From assembly GCA_037447435.1 (NCBI GenBank), contig JBBIGR010000065.1, positions 1 through 18,904 of the forward strand: 18,904 nt of DNA, written 5' to 3'. The notes beneath the pieces were generated by a model. That model was not told the DNA's origin. It did no database searches and saw nothing but the letters and a program-made list of their open reading frames with translations. This DNA comes from Fibrobacteria bacterium. Its GTDB lineage: Bacteria; Fibrobacterota; Chitinivibrionia; Chitinivibrionales; FEN-1185. The translations under genes and the position numbers were made by a program. Below, one piece after another: positions 18,180-18,904 of this stretch (positions are counted from its first letter, which is position 1; every line of letters starts with the position of its first letter).

Positions 18180-18904
18180 TCACGAATGCACGGGTAAGAA
18201 GCTCTCAATCTTCTCTTTGCACTTCGTTTTTGTCAGATTCTCCAGTTTTTTCACCTTATCGCCCAAATATTGAAGTTCTTTGCGGGTGATTTTGTAGCCT
18301 TTTTTGTAACGGGCGTCGATGTAGGCTTTTTTGAGAAGTTCGAAAAGACGTTTTTCTTCGGGCGTAGAGTTTGGAATGACTTTTAAGAAATCGGGATCAA
18401 GCGCATTTACCTGTTTGCCCAATTTTTCTAAGTCATGGATTTTGGGTTTGTAGTGCGTGTAAACGAGCAGAATGGTGGAATATAAAGCTTCAGTGGCTTG
18501 ATGAAGTTGGAATGCTGCATTCTTATATCGATTTTTCGATAATTTAAATTTAAAATTATCAAAAAAATCCGTTTCATTAATAATCCACATTTTATAATCT
18601 TCTATCGCAACTTTCTTTCGTTCCGCGGGACTAAGCTTCCTCGGTTTTGCAAGCTTTGTTTTGCCCGAATCGAAAAGTATGATGCCTTGCTTATAAATAT
18701 CGGCAAAGAAATATTCGCCAAATTCGATTTTATTATTTAAAAAGTCGATATCGTGCAGGATGATATTTACCCAGGTTTTGCTCGCATGGGCCTTGGCAAT
18801 TTGGGATCCGAATTTGTCTTCCGTCCCCCGCCGGTAAGCATCCCGCGGGTCTTTGGGCACAACCAGAATATCGTAATCGCTTTTGTATTCGTATGTCGTA
18901 TGCC
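18180..18904 (-). CDS. Nucleotidyltransferase (MNT)-HEPN fusion protein, 5' end outside window
   Basis: The frame is open to the edge and reads HTTYEYKSDYDILVVP (NTase D-x-D motif). GEYFFADIYKQGIILFDSG linker; HEPN AAFQLHQATE, YKPKIHDL, LLKKAYIDARY. Confidence 0.9.
   Translation of the reverse strand, partial: HTTYEYKSDYDILVVPKDPRDAYRRGTEDKFGSQIAKAHASKTWVNIILHDIDFLNNKIEFGEYFFADIYKQGIILFDSGKTKLAKPRKLSPAERKKVAIEDYKMWIINETDFFDNFKFKLSKNRYKNAAFQLHQATEALYSTILLVYTHYKPKIHDLEKLGKQVNALDPDFLKVIPNSTPEEKRLFELLKKAYIDARYKKGYKITRKELQYLGDKVKKLENLTKTKCKEKIESFLPVHS

Noticed and set aside
17516..18904. Type III toxin-antitoxin (repeat RNA antitoxin, terminator, toxin)
   Set aside because: In ToxIN-type loci near-identical repeats lie upstream of a co-oriented toxin. 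Here the array is downstream of the gene, is highly degenerate, and the protein is MNT-HEPN.

Overview
AT-rich bacterial chromosomal window (standard code fits all long ORFs) dominated by signal-transduction genes. Left to right: a truncated STAS-like ORF; an HDOD protein with degenerate receiver domains; a CheY-like receiver; a tandem-DUF1259 (LppY/LpqO-like) exported protein behind a near-consensus sigma-54 promoter; a minus-strand run of REC-histidine kinase, poly-HAMP chemoreceptor, Zn-ribbon protein and an internally deleted receiver; an acyl-CoA thioesterase; a PAS kinase/NtrC-family two-component pair; a divergent PAS hybrid kinase; a ferritin-like protein; an unannotated 57-aa ORF overlapping a B12-binding radical SAM gene; and a nucleotidyltransferase-HEPN fusion cut by the window edge. 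Two non-coding signals stand out. One is a ~530-bp degenerate tandem array with a 41-bp period (17516-18050), centred on the palindrome CCTTGCAAGG. The other is three GCAA-N6-TTGC dyads upstream of a sigma-54-like promoter for the kinase/chemoreceptor operon, probably the enhancer for the neighbouring NtrC-family activator. All family assignments come from motifs recognised by eye; no database search was run.
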